Source: an uncultured bacterium
GTDB taxonomy: Bacteria > RBG-13-66-14
DNA length: 64,000 nt
Assembly (NCBI GenBank): GCA_964436465.1
Contig: CAYTCV010000001.1
Coordinates: 31,852-95,851 of the forward strand
Direction of reading: 5' to 3'
Within the stretch, counting starts at the first letter, position 1. Each line of letters starts with the position of its first letter. The notes beneath the pieces were generated by a model that saw only the letters and a list, made by a program, of their open reading frames with translations, did not search any database and was not told the origin of the DNA. Both the position numbers and the translations under genes were made by a program. Below, one piece after another: positions 1-8,730 of the stretch.

Positions 1-936
1 CCAGGGATCGGTGAAGGGGGCGGTGTCCATCTGGTAGGGGGAGGGGGGCGTGGTTACCAGTATCTTCTGCGGCTCGTAGCTGTGACCCTCCTCCGGCGGT
101 AGGATCGAGCTGGCGGTGAGCGCCGGGTCGTTGTCGGCAGCGGTGCGTTTGACATCGAATCCCAAAAAGAGGTTCAGCAGGGGGTCCTCAAGCGTGGAAT
201 AGTAAAAATCGGTGAGGGGTGGTTCGTAATCGGTGAAACTGAAGGTGAGCCGGTTTTTCGTGAGCTCCGCCTGCCACGGCAGGTCTGCGGCACTCTCCTC
301 TGGCAAGGATGTAAAACCGCCGTTGCCGATGAAGAAGAGGATGTCCTCCCAGGTCAGTTCCGGGCCCAGGATGAGCTCGACCTCGCCGTAAAAGACCATG
401 CCCCGCCAAAAAGAGGCGTCGGCGAAGGAGAAATCACAACGTCCGTCATACCCATTTCCACCACCCGTTCCATACCCCGCCGCGTACCGGATCCATACCG
501 TACGGTCTTCGTACTCGCCGAAGTCAACGTTCCAGACCGCTCGTGAGTCGTCGTCGTTTGAGATGAACGCGGGGACGATTTCGGTAGGTAGTTCGTCGCC
601 CACGCCGATCTGAATCAGGCTCGGATCGGCCGGCCACACGGGGTAGGACATCTCCACGGTTGTTTTTGGGCCGTCGTTTTCAAAGACACATGCAATGAAA
701 ACCTCGGCGAAGCGCTGGTGCAGCGTGATCGATACGCGCAGATCGCTCAGGCGGACGGTCTCGTGCTCGGGCAGGTTGGTATAGTAGTAGTTGATAACCC
801 CTTCCTCTTCGGGCTCCCAGAGGTCGGAGTACTCTTCGGGGATGGGGCAACCGATGTACGACGCGCCCCATCCGGCGAGGGCGGGTTCCTCCACCAGCGC
901 GAGACAGAGGAACGGGATCATGAAAATGGCTTTCAC
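1..936 (-). CDS. hypothetical secreted protein, C-terminally truncated by window edge
   Basis: Minus-strand frame is open from ~936 to position 1 by my own translation; it is absent from the ORF track because it has no stop in the window. Possible GTG start 934-936 (VKAIFMIPFLCLALV...) or ATG 919-921; hydrophobic N-terminus suggests a signal peptide. Lies directly downstream of the radical SAM gene on the same strand. Confidence 0.4.
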   Translation of the reverse strand, partial: MKAIFMIPFLCLALVEEPALAGWGASYIGCPIPEEYSDLWEPEEEGVINYYYTNLPEHETVRLSDLRVSITLHQRFAEVFIACVFENDGPKTTVEMSYPVWPADPSLIQIGVGDELPTEIVPAFISNDDDSRAVWNVDFGEYEDRTVWIRYAAGYGTGGGNGYDGRCDFSFADASFWRGMVFYGEVELILGPELTWEDILFFIGNGGFTSLPEESAADLPWQAELTKNRLTFSFTDYEPPLTDFYYSTLEDPLLNLFLGFDVKRTAADNDPALTASSILPPEEGHSYEPQKILVTTPPSPYQMDTAPFTDPW

Positions 937-1004
937 GATTTCTCCCAGCGAAGGGTAGTCTTTAATCCAGCACCGCCCCACTTTGTGCGGTGTTTGAGCA
1001 TCTT

Positions 1005-1877
1005 TCAACAATCGTCCAACGGTTCCCAGTCCAGGTATTTATACGCGTCGCAGCGGGAGCAGAGTTTTATTTTATCCCTCTCGCCCCGTGAGAGCAGTTC
1101 GCGGTAGCCCCCCGCGACGGGACCGTTCCAGATTTCGAGCACTGTCTTCGAGTTCACGTCGCCTATAACGCCGCGTCCCTCCACGTCCCAGCAGCACAGC
1201 ACCGCCCGGCCGTCGGTGAAGAAGAACATCTCGTTTAAAATTTTCAGGCAGGGCTTGAGGACTACGTCGGCCTCGGTCTGACCGGACCAGGGCCAGCGGT
1301 AGAGCTGAACGAGCTCCACGCTGTCGGCCAGCGGCTCCCAGTAGCGCCGGAACTCCTCCCGCTCGTCCGCGTTCTCCGGCATCTCTATCATCCGCACGTG
1401 GGTGGCGCAGGCGGTGCCCTTCGCGAGCTCGCAGAAACGGGTGACGCGCTCGTACACCGCGTCGCGGTCTATTCCGGGCCGCGTCTTTTCGTAAACCTCG
1501 GTGGAGACGGCGTCGATGGAGAAGCGGACCTCGTCGAGGCCGAGCGCCAAAAACGCCCGCGCCCGCTTTTCGGGAAGAAGCTCGCCGTTGGTGTTGAGCT
1601 CCGCCCGCGCCGTGGGGTCCTTCTTGATGTAGGCGACTATTTCCTCCAGCCGGTTGTCGCACAAAGGCTCGTTTTGCAGGAACGGGCGGTAGGTGATGCC
1701 CAGCCCGCGTGTTTCGTCGATGATTTTTCGCCACAGGCGCTCCTCCATCCTCACCGGGCCCCGCGTGAGGTCCTTCTGCAGGCAGAAGGGGCAGGCGGCG
1801 TTGCAGGCGGTGGTGGTCTCGATTTGGATGACCCGGGGAGCGGGGGGGAACTCGCTGAAGCGGTCGGTGTTTTCCAT
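1005..1877 (-). CDS. radical SAM / SPASM-domain protein
   Basis: CNAACPFC (CxxxCxxC) radical SAM cluster motif near the N-terminus; C-terminal Cys-rich SPASM/twitch-like region (CLKILNE...LCCWDVEG...LEIWNG...CSRCD). Confidence 0.8.
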   Translation of the reverse strand: MENTDRFSEFPPAPRVIQIETTTACNAACPFCLQKDLTRGPVRMEERLWRKIIDETRGLGITYRPFLQNEPLCDNRLEEIVAYIKKDPTARAELNTNGELLPEKRARAFLALGLDEVRFSIDAVSTEVYEKTRPGIDRDAVYERVTRFCELAKGTACATHVRMIEMPENADEREEFRRYWEPLADSVELVQLYRWPWSGQTEADVVLKPCLKILNEMFFFTDGRAVLCCWDVEGRGVIGDVNSKTVLEIWNGPVAGGYRELLSRGERDKIKLCSRCDAYKYLDWEPLDDC

Positions 1878-1963
1878 CGTAATCTTTTCGGTGTGCCATG
1901 GAGGTCGAGTTTCGTTTTATACTACCCCCGACAGGCTTAAAATTCCACCCCGGAAGGAGCGAT

Positions 1964-2350
1964 ATGAGGAAGGTCCTGATTTCGGTTTTCATGGTGGTCG
2001 CCCTGGTCCTCCTGACCGGCGCCGATACGGGCGACGTCTGGGGCCCCGACGCGCCCAAGACCACGAGCAACCACGACCACGCCCGGCCGCAGGTCATCGT
2101 CATCATGCTGGTGCCCGGCGCCGACATGACGGCCGTCAATAACTTCAACTCCGCCCAGCACGTGAACCGCATGGAGCACGTCTCGGGCCAGATTTACCGC
2201 GTCTACCTCGAAGCAGGGACGGACATGGTGGCCGCCCGGCAGGCGTACGCCCGGAACGTCCTGTTCTCCAGGGTGGACTACGAGGTCGACGTCAGCTACG
2301 AGGTTCACGCCGGTTGCGCGGCCGGCGGAGGGGTACACGCAGGGACATAG
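1964..2350 (+). CDS. hypothetical small secreted protein
   Basis: GGAAGGAG RBS 6 nt before the ATG at 1964; N-terminal signal-peptide-like MRKVLISVFMVVALVLLTGA; divergent from the radical SAM gene. Confidence 0.45.
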   Translation: MRKVLISVFMVVALVLLTGADTGDVWGPDAPKTTSNHDHARPQVIVIMLVPGADMTAVNNFNSAQHVNRMEHVSGQIYRVYLEAGTDMVAARQAYARNVLFSRVDYEVDVSYEVHAGCAAGGGVHAGT

Positions 2351-2486
2351 GGCGCTTCCCCGGTTGCGGTTTCGGGCGTGTAGGTCGGGTCATCGTGGAG
2401 ACCGTCGTCCCCATCGGGAGATGGTCCGGTTCTTCGTGCTATAATCCTGAAAAATTCCACAAACGATAAGCTCCGGGGGTCACGCG

Positions 2487-4706
2487 ATGAAGACCACGGT
2501 ACGACTCGTTCTTTTGTTCACGCTTCTGTGCGCCGTGACCGGTGTCTCGGCGCGCCAGGTAACGGCGGTCCGAACCCAGGTCGCGCCCATTATCGACGGA
2601 CGGCTGACCGACATCGGCTGGACGCAGGCCGAGGCGACGACGGGTTTCGTTTACCGCGGGGTCGGTCTCCCGTGGCCCGCCTCCCAGCAGACCCTGGTGC
2701 GCGTCCTCTACGATGACGACGCCCTCTACATCGGCGTGGCCTGCTACGAGACCGAGGTGGGCGATATAGTGGCCGACATGGTGTACCACGACGACCCCCT
2801 GTGGCTGGATGACTCTTTCACCGTCTTTCTGGACACCTTCGACGACGGCCGCTCGGCGTACATGCTCGTGGTCAACCCCCTGGGCACACGCTACGACGCC
2901 TACTTTACCCAGGACGGCCAGTACATAGACAGCTCCTGGGACGGGGACTGGAAAGCGGCGGCGGGCATCGAGGAGGACCGCTGGGTGGTCGAGTTCCGAA
3001 TCCCCTGGCGGGAGCTGCACTACGTGGACCCCACCGACGGCTGGGGCATAGATTTCTGGCGCAACGAGATTCCCAACGATGAGTCCTCCATCTGGAGCAA
3101 CCTGGACACCAACCTCTACAAGGTCAGCAAGTTCGGCCGGCTGGAGGGCATCCGGGACCTGGAGATGCCCGTGACGGTGAGCTTCGTCCCGTACGGCACG
3201 GCCAAGCGGCAGTGGAACGACGTGGAGGACGCCATCCTGTGGGAGGACCCGTCGCTCATCACAACCGGCGTGGATGACCGGTTCTCGGGCGGTATAGACA
3301 TCGATTTCCGCCCCTTCCCGGCCATGAGTATCGTGGGCAGCATCAATCCCGACTACGCCCAAATCGAAAGCGACCTGGACGAGCTGAACCTCTCCCGCGA
3401 CGAGCTGTACCTCGACGAGAAGCGGCCCTTCTTCCGCGACGGCAAGTCCCTGTTCGACCTGCCGCTGGAGCTCTTCTACTCCCGGCGGCTCGAGGACATC
3501 TACTACGCCGGAAAGCTCTACGGCAAGCTCGGCGGCCTGCGATACTACCTCCTCGACGTGGAGGGCACCGTGGCCGATAAGGCCGACCTCACTTACTACC
3601 GCGGCGACTGGTGGAGGGAGCGCTTCAACGCCAACGTGGCGGCGGTACGCCTGACCCACGACATCTTCGAATCCAGCGCCATCGGGCTCACGGCCGTCAA
3701 CAAGTACCAGCGCGAGCGGATGACCCTCGAATCGCACGGGCCTTTCGATTGGGAGTACGTGACGGTGCCCGAGCAGCTCAACGATACCACGCTGGGGCTG
3801 GATTTCAGCTGGGCCACGGATTTCGGTCTCCAGGCCACCGGCGAGTTCGCCTACGAGTCGAACCCCGAGCGCGAGGTGGACGACTACGCCTGGTACGTGG
3901 GCGCCGAGTGGAACGACCCCAACTGGACGGTCGGGGTGCAGGCCCAGCAGGTGCAGCCCAAATTCGACGCCGAGATGGGCTACCTGCCCTACACGGACCT
4001 GGACACCCTGGGGGGTTACGCGTACGTGGAGTACCTGTGGAGTATCTGGGAGGGGTGGTTCAAGGACGTGTACGTCGGCGGCGACTACTACCACTACAAC
4101 CAGAACACCGATGACCTGCTGGCCTACCAGGGCTGGAGCTCCTACGTCGGGGTGGATTTCCTCTGGGGCCTGACGCTCTACGGCAGCTACTGGAACTACT
4201 ACGACACCGAGGAACTCTCCGAGACCGAGCGCTACAGCTACCAGAACGGCACCTACTCCGGGACCCTGGGGTTCAACCTGGACCGCTACTCGGGCCTGGG
4301 GCTGACCTACGTCGGCGGGGATTTCTACGGGTACGACCTCAACTACTGGGAGCTGAATTACTCCTACGCGCTCTTCTCGGGGCTGACCCTCGAGGGGGGG
4401 GTGGAGTTCGAGAAGCTGGCGGACCAGGACATCATCGGCGCCCCGGATTTCGACGACCTCGGATGGGAGGGCCAGCACTGGTTCGTGAACCTCGGCATGA
4501 CCGCGAAGTTCGTAGACGAGGTGTGGCTGCGGGTTTTCACTCAGCGTAACACCTTCGGCGGGCGGGAGGAGCTCAACGCCCTTCTGGCCTACAACTACCT
4601 TCCGGGCAGCTACGTGTACCTGGTGTACAACCTGCTCCAGCCCACGACCCGCGAGGAGGCGGAGCACATCCTGTTCCTGAAGCTCACCTTCGCGCTGGAC
4701 ATCTGA
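2487..4706 (+). CDS. secreted CBM9-like / DUF5916-family protein
   Basis: Signal peptide MKTTVRLVLLFTLLCAVTGVSA. N-terminal region (PIIDGRLTDIGWTQA...YDDDALYIGVACYE...DDSFTVFLDTFDDGRSAYMLVVNPLGTRYDAYF) resembles carbohydrate-binding family 9 / DUF5916 proteins; 739 aa. The antisense 815-aa ORF is rejected. Confidence 0.7.
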   Translation: MKTTVRLVLLFTLLCAVTGVSARQVTAVRTQVAPIIDGRLTDIGWTQAEATTGFVYRGVGLPWPASQQTLVRVLYDDDALYIGVACYETEVGDIVADMVYHDDPLWLDDSFTVFLDTFDDGRSAYMLVVNPLGTRYDAYFTQDGQYIDSSWDGDWKAAAGIEEDRWVVEFRIPWRELHYVDPTDGWGIDFWRNEIPNDESSIWSNLDTNLYKVSKFGRLEGIRDLEMPVTVSFVPYGTAKRQWNDVEDAILWEDPSLITTGVDDRFSGGIDIDFRPFPAMSIVGSINPDYAQIESDLDELNLSRDELYLDEKRPFFRDGKSLFDLPLELFYSRRLEDIYYAGKLYGKLGGLRYYLLDVEGTVADKADLTYYRGDWWRERFNANVAAVRLTHDIFESSAIGLTAVNKYQRERMTLESHGPFDWEYVTVPEQLNDTTLGLDFSWATDFGLQATGEFAYESNPEREVDDYAWYVGAEWNDPNWTVGVQAQQVQPKFDAEMGYLPYTDLDTLGGYAYVEYLWSIWEGWFKDVYVGGDYYHYNQNTDDLLAYQGWSSYVGVDFLWGLTLYGSYWNYYDTEELSETERYSYQNGTYSGTLGFNLDRYSGLGLTYVGGDFYGYDLNYWELNYSYALFSGLTLEGGVEFEKLADQDIIGAPDFDDLGWEGQHWFVNLGMTAKFVDEVWLRVFTQRNTFGGREELNALLAYNYLPGSYVYLVYNLLQPTTREEAEHILFLKLTFALDI

Positions 4707-4785
4707 GGCGGGCGGGGATGGTCGGTTATCGTTTATTAGGGTCGGGCGGAGCGGTTCACGACTTTCTCGGAGCGGGGGTCGATAG

Positions 4786-4980
4786 ATGAGCGGCTCCGGC
4801 GGGCTGTCCACGGGCACCAAGGTCCTCATCGGCGTCCTGGCCGTCGTCGGGGCCTTCACGCTGTTGAGCTCCATCTTCTGGTCCATATGGATTTTCCTGC
4901 GCTGGATTCTGGGGCCGATGCTCGTGGTCGGATTGGTCGTGTACCTCGTGGTGCGCTGCCGTGAAAGGAAAAAGCGATGA
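4786..4980 (+). CDS. small two-TM membrane protein, paralog 1 of 3
   Basis: 64 aa, two hydrophobic helices, conserved WILGP motif, basic C-terminus RCRERKKR; stop overlaps start of paralog 2 (ATGA). Confidence 0.5.
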   Translation: MSGSGGLSTGTKVLIGVLAVVGAFTLLSSIFWSIWIFLRWILGPMLVVGLVVYLVVRCRERKKR

Positions 4981-5192
4981 CCGGGGGCTCCGAGGGCGCG
5001 GGGTGCCTGCTGGCGGGATTGGTCTTCCCGCTGGCGCTGGTCGGCATCGGTATCATTGCGATTCTAGGCCTCGTTGCCGGAATTTTCGGCCTCTTCATCG
5101 GCCTGTTCTGGTTTCTTCTAAAGTGGATTCTCGGGCCGCTCGTCGTCGTCGCCGTCATTTTCTATTTCATCGGCCGCGCCCACCGGCGGTAG
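4977..5192 (+). CDS. small two-TM membrane protein, paralog 2 of 3
   Basis: 71 aa; FWFLLKWILGPLVVVAVIFYFIG aligns with LRWILGPMLVVGLVVYLVV of paralog 1; basic C-terminus. Confidence 0.5.
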   Translation: MTGGSEGAGCLLAGLVFPLALVGIGIIAILGLVAGIFGLFIGLFWFLLKWILGPLVVVAVIFYFIGRAHRR

Positions 5193-5211
5193 CACGGCCC
5201 AGGGAGGGAAG

Positions 5212-5388
5212 ATGAAACCTCTTACCGGAAGCAAGGGCACGCTCATCGCCTTCGGCATCCTGGTTCTGGCCATCCTGGTCGCATGGCTGTTGTTCAAGAG
5301 CCTGCTGTTCCTGGTCATCTACGCCCTGCCGGCGGTGGTGGTCATCGGGCTCATCGTGTGGCTGGCGGCCCGCAGGCGGGAGCGGTAG
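5212..5388 (+). CDS. small two-TM membrane protein, paralog 3 of 3
   Basis: 58 aa ORF below the track cutoff, found by manual translation (MKPLTGSKGTLIAFGILVLAILVAWLLFKSLLFLVIYALPAVVVIGLIVWLAARRRER); strong AGGGAGGGAA RBS; same architecture as paralogs 1 and 2. Confidence 0.45.
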   Translation: MKPLTGSKGTLIAFGILVLAILVAWLLFKSLLFLVIYALPAVVVIGLIVWLAARRRER

Positions 5389-5815
5389 AAAGGCCCCCTC
5401 TCCCCGCGGAAAACGGCCCCCTCCCCCCTTTGGGGGGAGGGTCGGGGAGGGGGGTGCCGATATTCCCTCTCCCTTTCAGGGAGCGGCGCGCCGACGGGAC
5501 TAAGGGTGAGGGCTACCTTAATAAACGCGGGCGGACCTAAAGGCCCGCCCCTACGTCATCGCAAATCGTGGGCATGGGTAGATGTATGTGTGTAAAAAGC
5601 GGCGGGGATAGGAATCCCCGCCCTACATTTACGCGAATGTCGGTGGATAAACAACCACGGGCGGGTGTGGACACCCGCCCCTACGGCATCGCATTTTGAC
5701 CAAGAAACGTAGGGCGGCAACCGGCGTGTGCCGCCCGGATTCATGGTGATGAAAAAAAGGGCGGGGTACAGAGCCCCCGCCCTACATTAAAAAAAGCGCG
5801 ATTTATTCCAACTCC
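5389..5815. repeat. cluster of REP-like GC-rich palindromic elements (locus 1)
   Basis: Multiple hairpins (ccctcccccctttggggggaggg; gcggcggggataggaatccccgcc; gggcgggtgtggacacccgccc; gggcggcaaccggcgtgtgccgccc; gggcggggtacagagcccccgccc), each followed by ctacg/ctacat (+catcgca) tails; also the motif actaagggtgagggctacctt. The same motifs recur at 8440-8712, 36190-36470, 42985-43018, 47900-48046 and 63525-63858. Confidence 0.7.
5753..5800. terminator. bidirectional rho-independent terminator downstream of panB
   Basis: A7 - hairpin gggcggggtacagagcccccgccc - tacattAAAAAAA; on the minus strand the hairpin is followed by T7 directly after the panB stop. Confidence 0.5.
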
Positions 5816-5823
5816 GTTTGCCT

Positions 5824-6639
5824 CTAGCTGAACCCGTGCTCCGCGCCGGGGAACTTCCCCTCCCGCACCTCGCCGGAATACTCCCCCACCGCCTTTTTCA
5901 TCATCTCGAAGCCGTCCAGGTAACGCTTCACGTGCTTGAGCTTCTTCCCCGGCAGCAGGTGCAGCATGTCGTGGAAGACGAGGATTTGGCCGTCGGTGTG
6001 CGGTCCGGCGCCGATGCCGATGGTGGGAATTCCCGCGGCCTCGGTGATGCCGCGCGCCAGCTCCGTCGGGATGAGCTCGAGCACGATGGCGAAGGCCCCG
6101 GCCCGCTCAATCTTCTTCGCCTCACGGAGCATCAGCTCGGCCTGGGCGTCGTCGCGCCCCTGCACCCTGTAACCGCCGATGCGGTGAATCGCCTGGGGGG
6201 TCAGGCCCAGGTGCCCCATCACCGGGATGCCGGCGTCGGATATCGCCGCGACTACGCGCTCGATTCCCGGCTGCCACTCGATTTTTACCCCCTGCGCCCC
6301 GCACGCGACGAATTCTCCGGCGTTGCGGACCGCCTCTGTCTCGCCCAACGAGAACGACAGGAAGGGCATGTCGCCCACGAGCATGGCCCGCTTCAGGGCC
6401 CGCTCCACGATTCGGGTGTGGTAGAGCATATCGTCCATCGTCACCCGGAGGGTGGTCGGCTCGCCGTGGATGACGTTGCCCAGGCTGTCGCCCACCAGGA
6501 CGAGGTCCACTCCCGCCGCGTCGCAGACCAGGGCGCTGGAGTAATCGTAAGCCGTCAGGCAGACGATTTTAGAACCCTCGGCCTTCTTCGCGGTAATCTG
6601 GGCGGCCGTCATCCGCTCCACGGACTGTTCCGCTCCCAT
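5824..6639 (-). CDS. panB: 3-methyl-2-oxobutanoate hydroxymethyltransferase
   Basis: Full-length similarity to PanB (LTAYDYSSA..., GDSLGNV..HG, GAQGVKIE, MGHLGLTPQ). Confidence 0.95.
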   Translation of the reverse strand: MGAEQSVERMTAAQITAKKAEGSKIVCLTAYDYSSALVCDAAGVDLVLVGDSLGNVIHGEPTTLRVTMDDMLYHTRIVERALKRAMLVGDMPFLSFSLGETEAVRNAGEFVACGAQGVKIEWQPGIERVVAAISDAGIPVMGHLGLTPQAIHRIGGYRVQGRDDAQAELMLREAKKIERAGAFAIVLELIPTELARGITEAAGIPTIGIGAGPHTDGQILVFHDMLHLLPGKKLKHVKRYLDGFEMMKKAVGEYSGEVREGKFPGAEHGFS

Positions 6640-6648
6640 CGTCTCCCC

Positions 6649-7170
6649 CTAGGGTTGGAGCTCCGCCACTCGCTCGGGCTCACGAATACCGGTTCTTTTA
6701 AGGTTTTCCCACAGCTCGGCCACGGTCAGGCCGTCCTCGGGGTCCATGAACCCGGGCGCAATCTCGTTCGCCGGCGCGAGGACGAAATCTCTCCACCGCC
6801 GGCGCGGATGCGGTACCACGATGCCGTCCCGGTCGTAGAGCTCCTCGCCCAGGTAGATGAGGTCCAGGTCCAGCCGCCGGCCGCCGTCTTCCCGCCGACG
6901 GTCCTCGTCGCGGCCGAACCGCCGCTCTATGCGTCCCAGAAGAGCGATGAACTCTACGGGGTCGAGGGCGGTTTCCACGAGCGCCGCCGCGTTGTAGAAT
7001 TTCTCTCCGGAGGCCTTGCCCTGGGCCTCGGTCTCATACACGCCGGAGACCTTGACGACCTTCACGCCCCCGTCTTCCGCCAGCCGGACCAGGCCCTCGG
7101 ACAGGTTTTTATACCGGTCGCCGGAGTTGGAGCCCAGGGCGACGAGGGCCTGTCTTTTCACCGTGCTCAT
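6649..7170 (-). CDS. folK: 2-amino-4-hydroxy-6-hydroxymethyldihydropteridine pyrophosphokinase (HPPK)
   Basis: LVALGSNSGDR N-terminal HPPK signature; 173 aa; overlaps the aminotransferase stop (ATGA). Confidence 0.85.
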   Translation of the reverse strand: MSTVKRQALVALGSNSGDRYKNLSEGLVRLAEDGGVKVVKVSGVYETEAQGKASGEKFYNAAALVETALDPVEFIALLGRIERRFGRDEDRRREDGGRRLDLDLIYLGEELYDRDGIVVPHPRRRWRDFVLAPANEIAPGFMDPEDGLTVAELWENLKRTGIREPERVAELQP

Positions 7171-8339
7171 CGTTCCCGAAGATGTTCTTCGATAAGTGCC
7201 AGGCCGCGTTCGAGCAATGGCTTGGGCTGCGTGAGCGCCAGGCGGATGCGGCCCCGCCCCGCCTCGCCGAAGGCCGAGCCGGGGGTTAGTACGACGCCCG
7301 TTTTATCCAACAGCTCCCGGCAGAAGGCGACGTCGTCCGTCTCGACTCCCGGAATTTTCAGCCAGAAGTACGTGGCGCCGCCCGGCTTCTCGTGCCGCCA
7401 ATCCATTCCGTCCAACAGGGCCGAGACGGTCTCCCGCCGGTCGGCGTACACGGACACCGCCTCCTCCACGGCCGCATCTCCATCGTTTAACGCCACCACG
7501 GCCGCCGCCAGGGACGGCGCGAAGATGCCGGCCTGGTAGTAAACCTCGATTTTCTTGAGCGCGGCCACCGCCTGCGGATGCCCCGCCGCGAAGGCGATGC
7601 GCACCCCGGCCATGCCGTAGGCCTTGGACAGGGTGTGGAACTCGACGGCCACCTCGGCGGCTCCGGGGATGGACAGAATCGAGAGCGGCCCGTGGCCGTC
7701 GAAGGCGATGAACTGGTAAGCGTTGTCGTAGATTATCAGGGTCTCGGTTCGCCCGGCCCACTCCACCAGCTCCGCGAGGAATTTCGGTGTCGTCGCCGCG
7801 CCCGTGGGATTGTTGGGATAGTTGAGGATGATGAAGCGCGCCCGCTCCGCGACCCCGTCCGGAATTTCCGCAAGAGCGGGATGCCACCCCAGCTCCGGCT
7901 TCAGCTCCAGCCGGTGGACCTCCAGCCCCGCCACCCGGGCCGAGCTCAGGTAGGACGGGAAGGCGGGGTCGGGCAGAATCACCAGGTCGCCCGGGTCGGC
8001 CAGCGCCAGGTTCGCGTGGGAGAGCCCCCCCTTGCTGCCGGGCAGGAGGACGATTTCATCGGCGGAAATTTTTGCGCCGAAGTGGCGGGAGTACCAGCCA
8101 CGGATGGCGCCGACAAGCTCCGTCGAGCCGGTGTAGGGAGTGTATGAATATTGGGCGGGGTCGGCCGCGGTTACGGCCAGTTCCTCGACGACCTCGGCGG
8201 CGGGGCCGATATCGGGACCCCCGCGGCCCAGGTCGATGATTTCCAGCCCTTTGGCCGCGGCATCCCGGCGCCAGAGGGCCGTCTCCGAGAAAATGTAGGG
8301 TTTGACCGAGGCGAGGCGCTGTGCGGGGGAAATATCCAC
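7167..8339 (-). CDS. PLP-dependent class I aminotransferase
   Basis: NYPNNPTG, YDNAY, SKAYGMAGVRIAF (PLP-lysine) and R near the C-terminus; 390 aa. Confidence 0.85.
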   Translation of the reverse strand: MDISPAQRLASVKPYIFSETALWRRDAAAKGLEIIDLGRGGPDIGPAAEVVEELAVTAADPAQYSYTPYTGSTELVGAIRGWYSRHFGAKISADEIVLLPGSKGGLSHANLALADPGDLVILPDPAFPSYLSSARVAGLEVHRLELKPELGWHPALAEIPDGVAERARFIILNYPNNPTGAATTPKFLAELVEWAGRTETLIIYDNAYQFIAFDGHGPLSILSIPGAAEVAVEFHTLSKAYGMAGVRIAFAAGHPQAVAALKKIEVYYQAGIFAPSLAAAVVALNDGDAAVEEAVSVYADRRETVSALLDGMDWRHEKPGGATYFWLKIPGVETDDVAFCRELLDKTGVVLTPGSAFGEAGRGRIRLALTQPKPLLERGLALIEEHLRER

Positions 8340-8439
8340 GGGTTTCTCCTTCGGGCGCCGCTATTGTAACAAATCGGCGGGTGCGGTCGGGGAGATGGAG
8401 GTGATAGACAGCAGCGGGCGACCATGGACGGTCACCCCT

Positions 8440-8712
8440 ACGTCAAATTGTCGTCGTCCGTAAATGTAGGGCGGGGCTTCTACGCCCCGCCGCTTTCACC
8501 CCTCACCCCGGCCCTCTCCCCAAAGGGGAGAGGGGGACGGAAGCCCTCACCCCATCCCCGTCGGTGTGCCGCTCCATAAACGTAGGGCGGGGATTCCCAT
8601 CCCCGCCGCTTCCATGCGATGCCATAGGGCGGGGATTTCAATCCCCGCCGCTTCAACGTTCCTTATCTCGACCATCACTCCACTCTCTCCCCGGTACGGA
8701 GAGAGGAATGGC
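8440..8712. repeat. REP-like palindromic element cluster (locus 2)
   Basis: cccctacgtc; gtagggcggggcttctacgccccgcc; ctctccccaaaggggagaggg; gtagggcggggattcccatccccgcc; gggcggggatttcaatccccgcc; ctctctccccggtacggagagagg. Spurious + strand ORFs 8564-8770 lie inside these repeats. Confidence 0.7.
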
Positions 8713-8730
8713 AGGGGCGGACGCGGCCTG

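Noticed and set aside
2439-4886. 815-aa minus-strand ORF overlapping the CBM9/DUF5916 gene
   Set aside because: The plus-strand product has a clear signal peptide and domain-like sequence; the minus-strand product is Gly/Pro/Val/Arg-rich low-complexity, typical of antisense ORFs in about 68% GC DNA.
5389-5815. REP clusters as a CRISPR array or integrated mobile element
   Set aside because: Repeat spacing is irregular, units differ in sequence, and there is no cas gene, transposase or integrase in the window; classed as REP/BIME-like instead.
5818-7539. 573-aa plus-strand ORF antisense to panB, folK and the aminotransferase
   Set aside because: Spans three well-supported minus-strand genes; composition is Arg/Gly/Ala/Pro-biased with no motifs.
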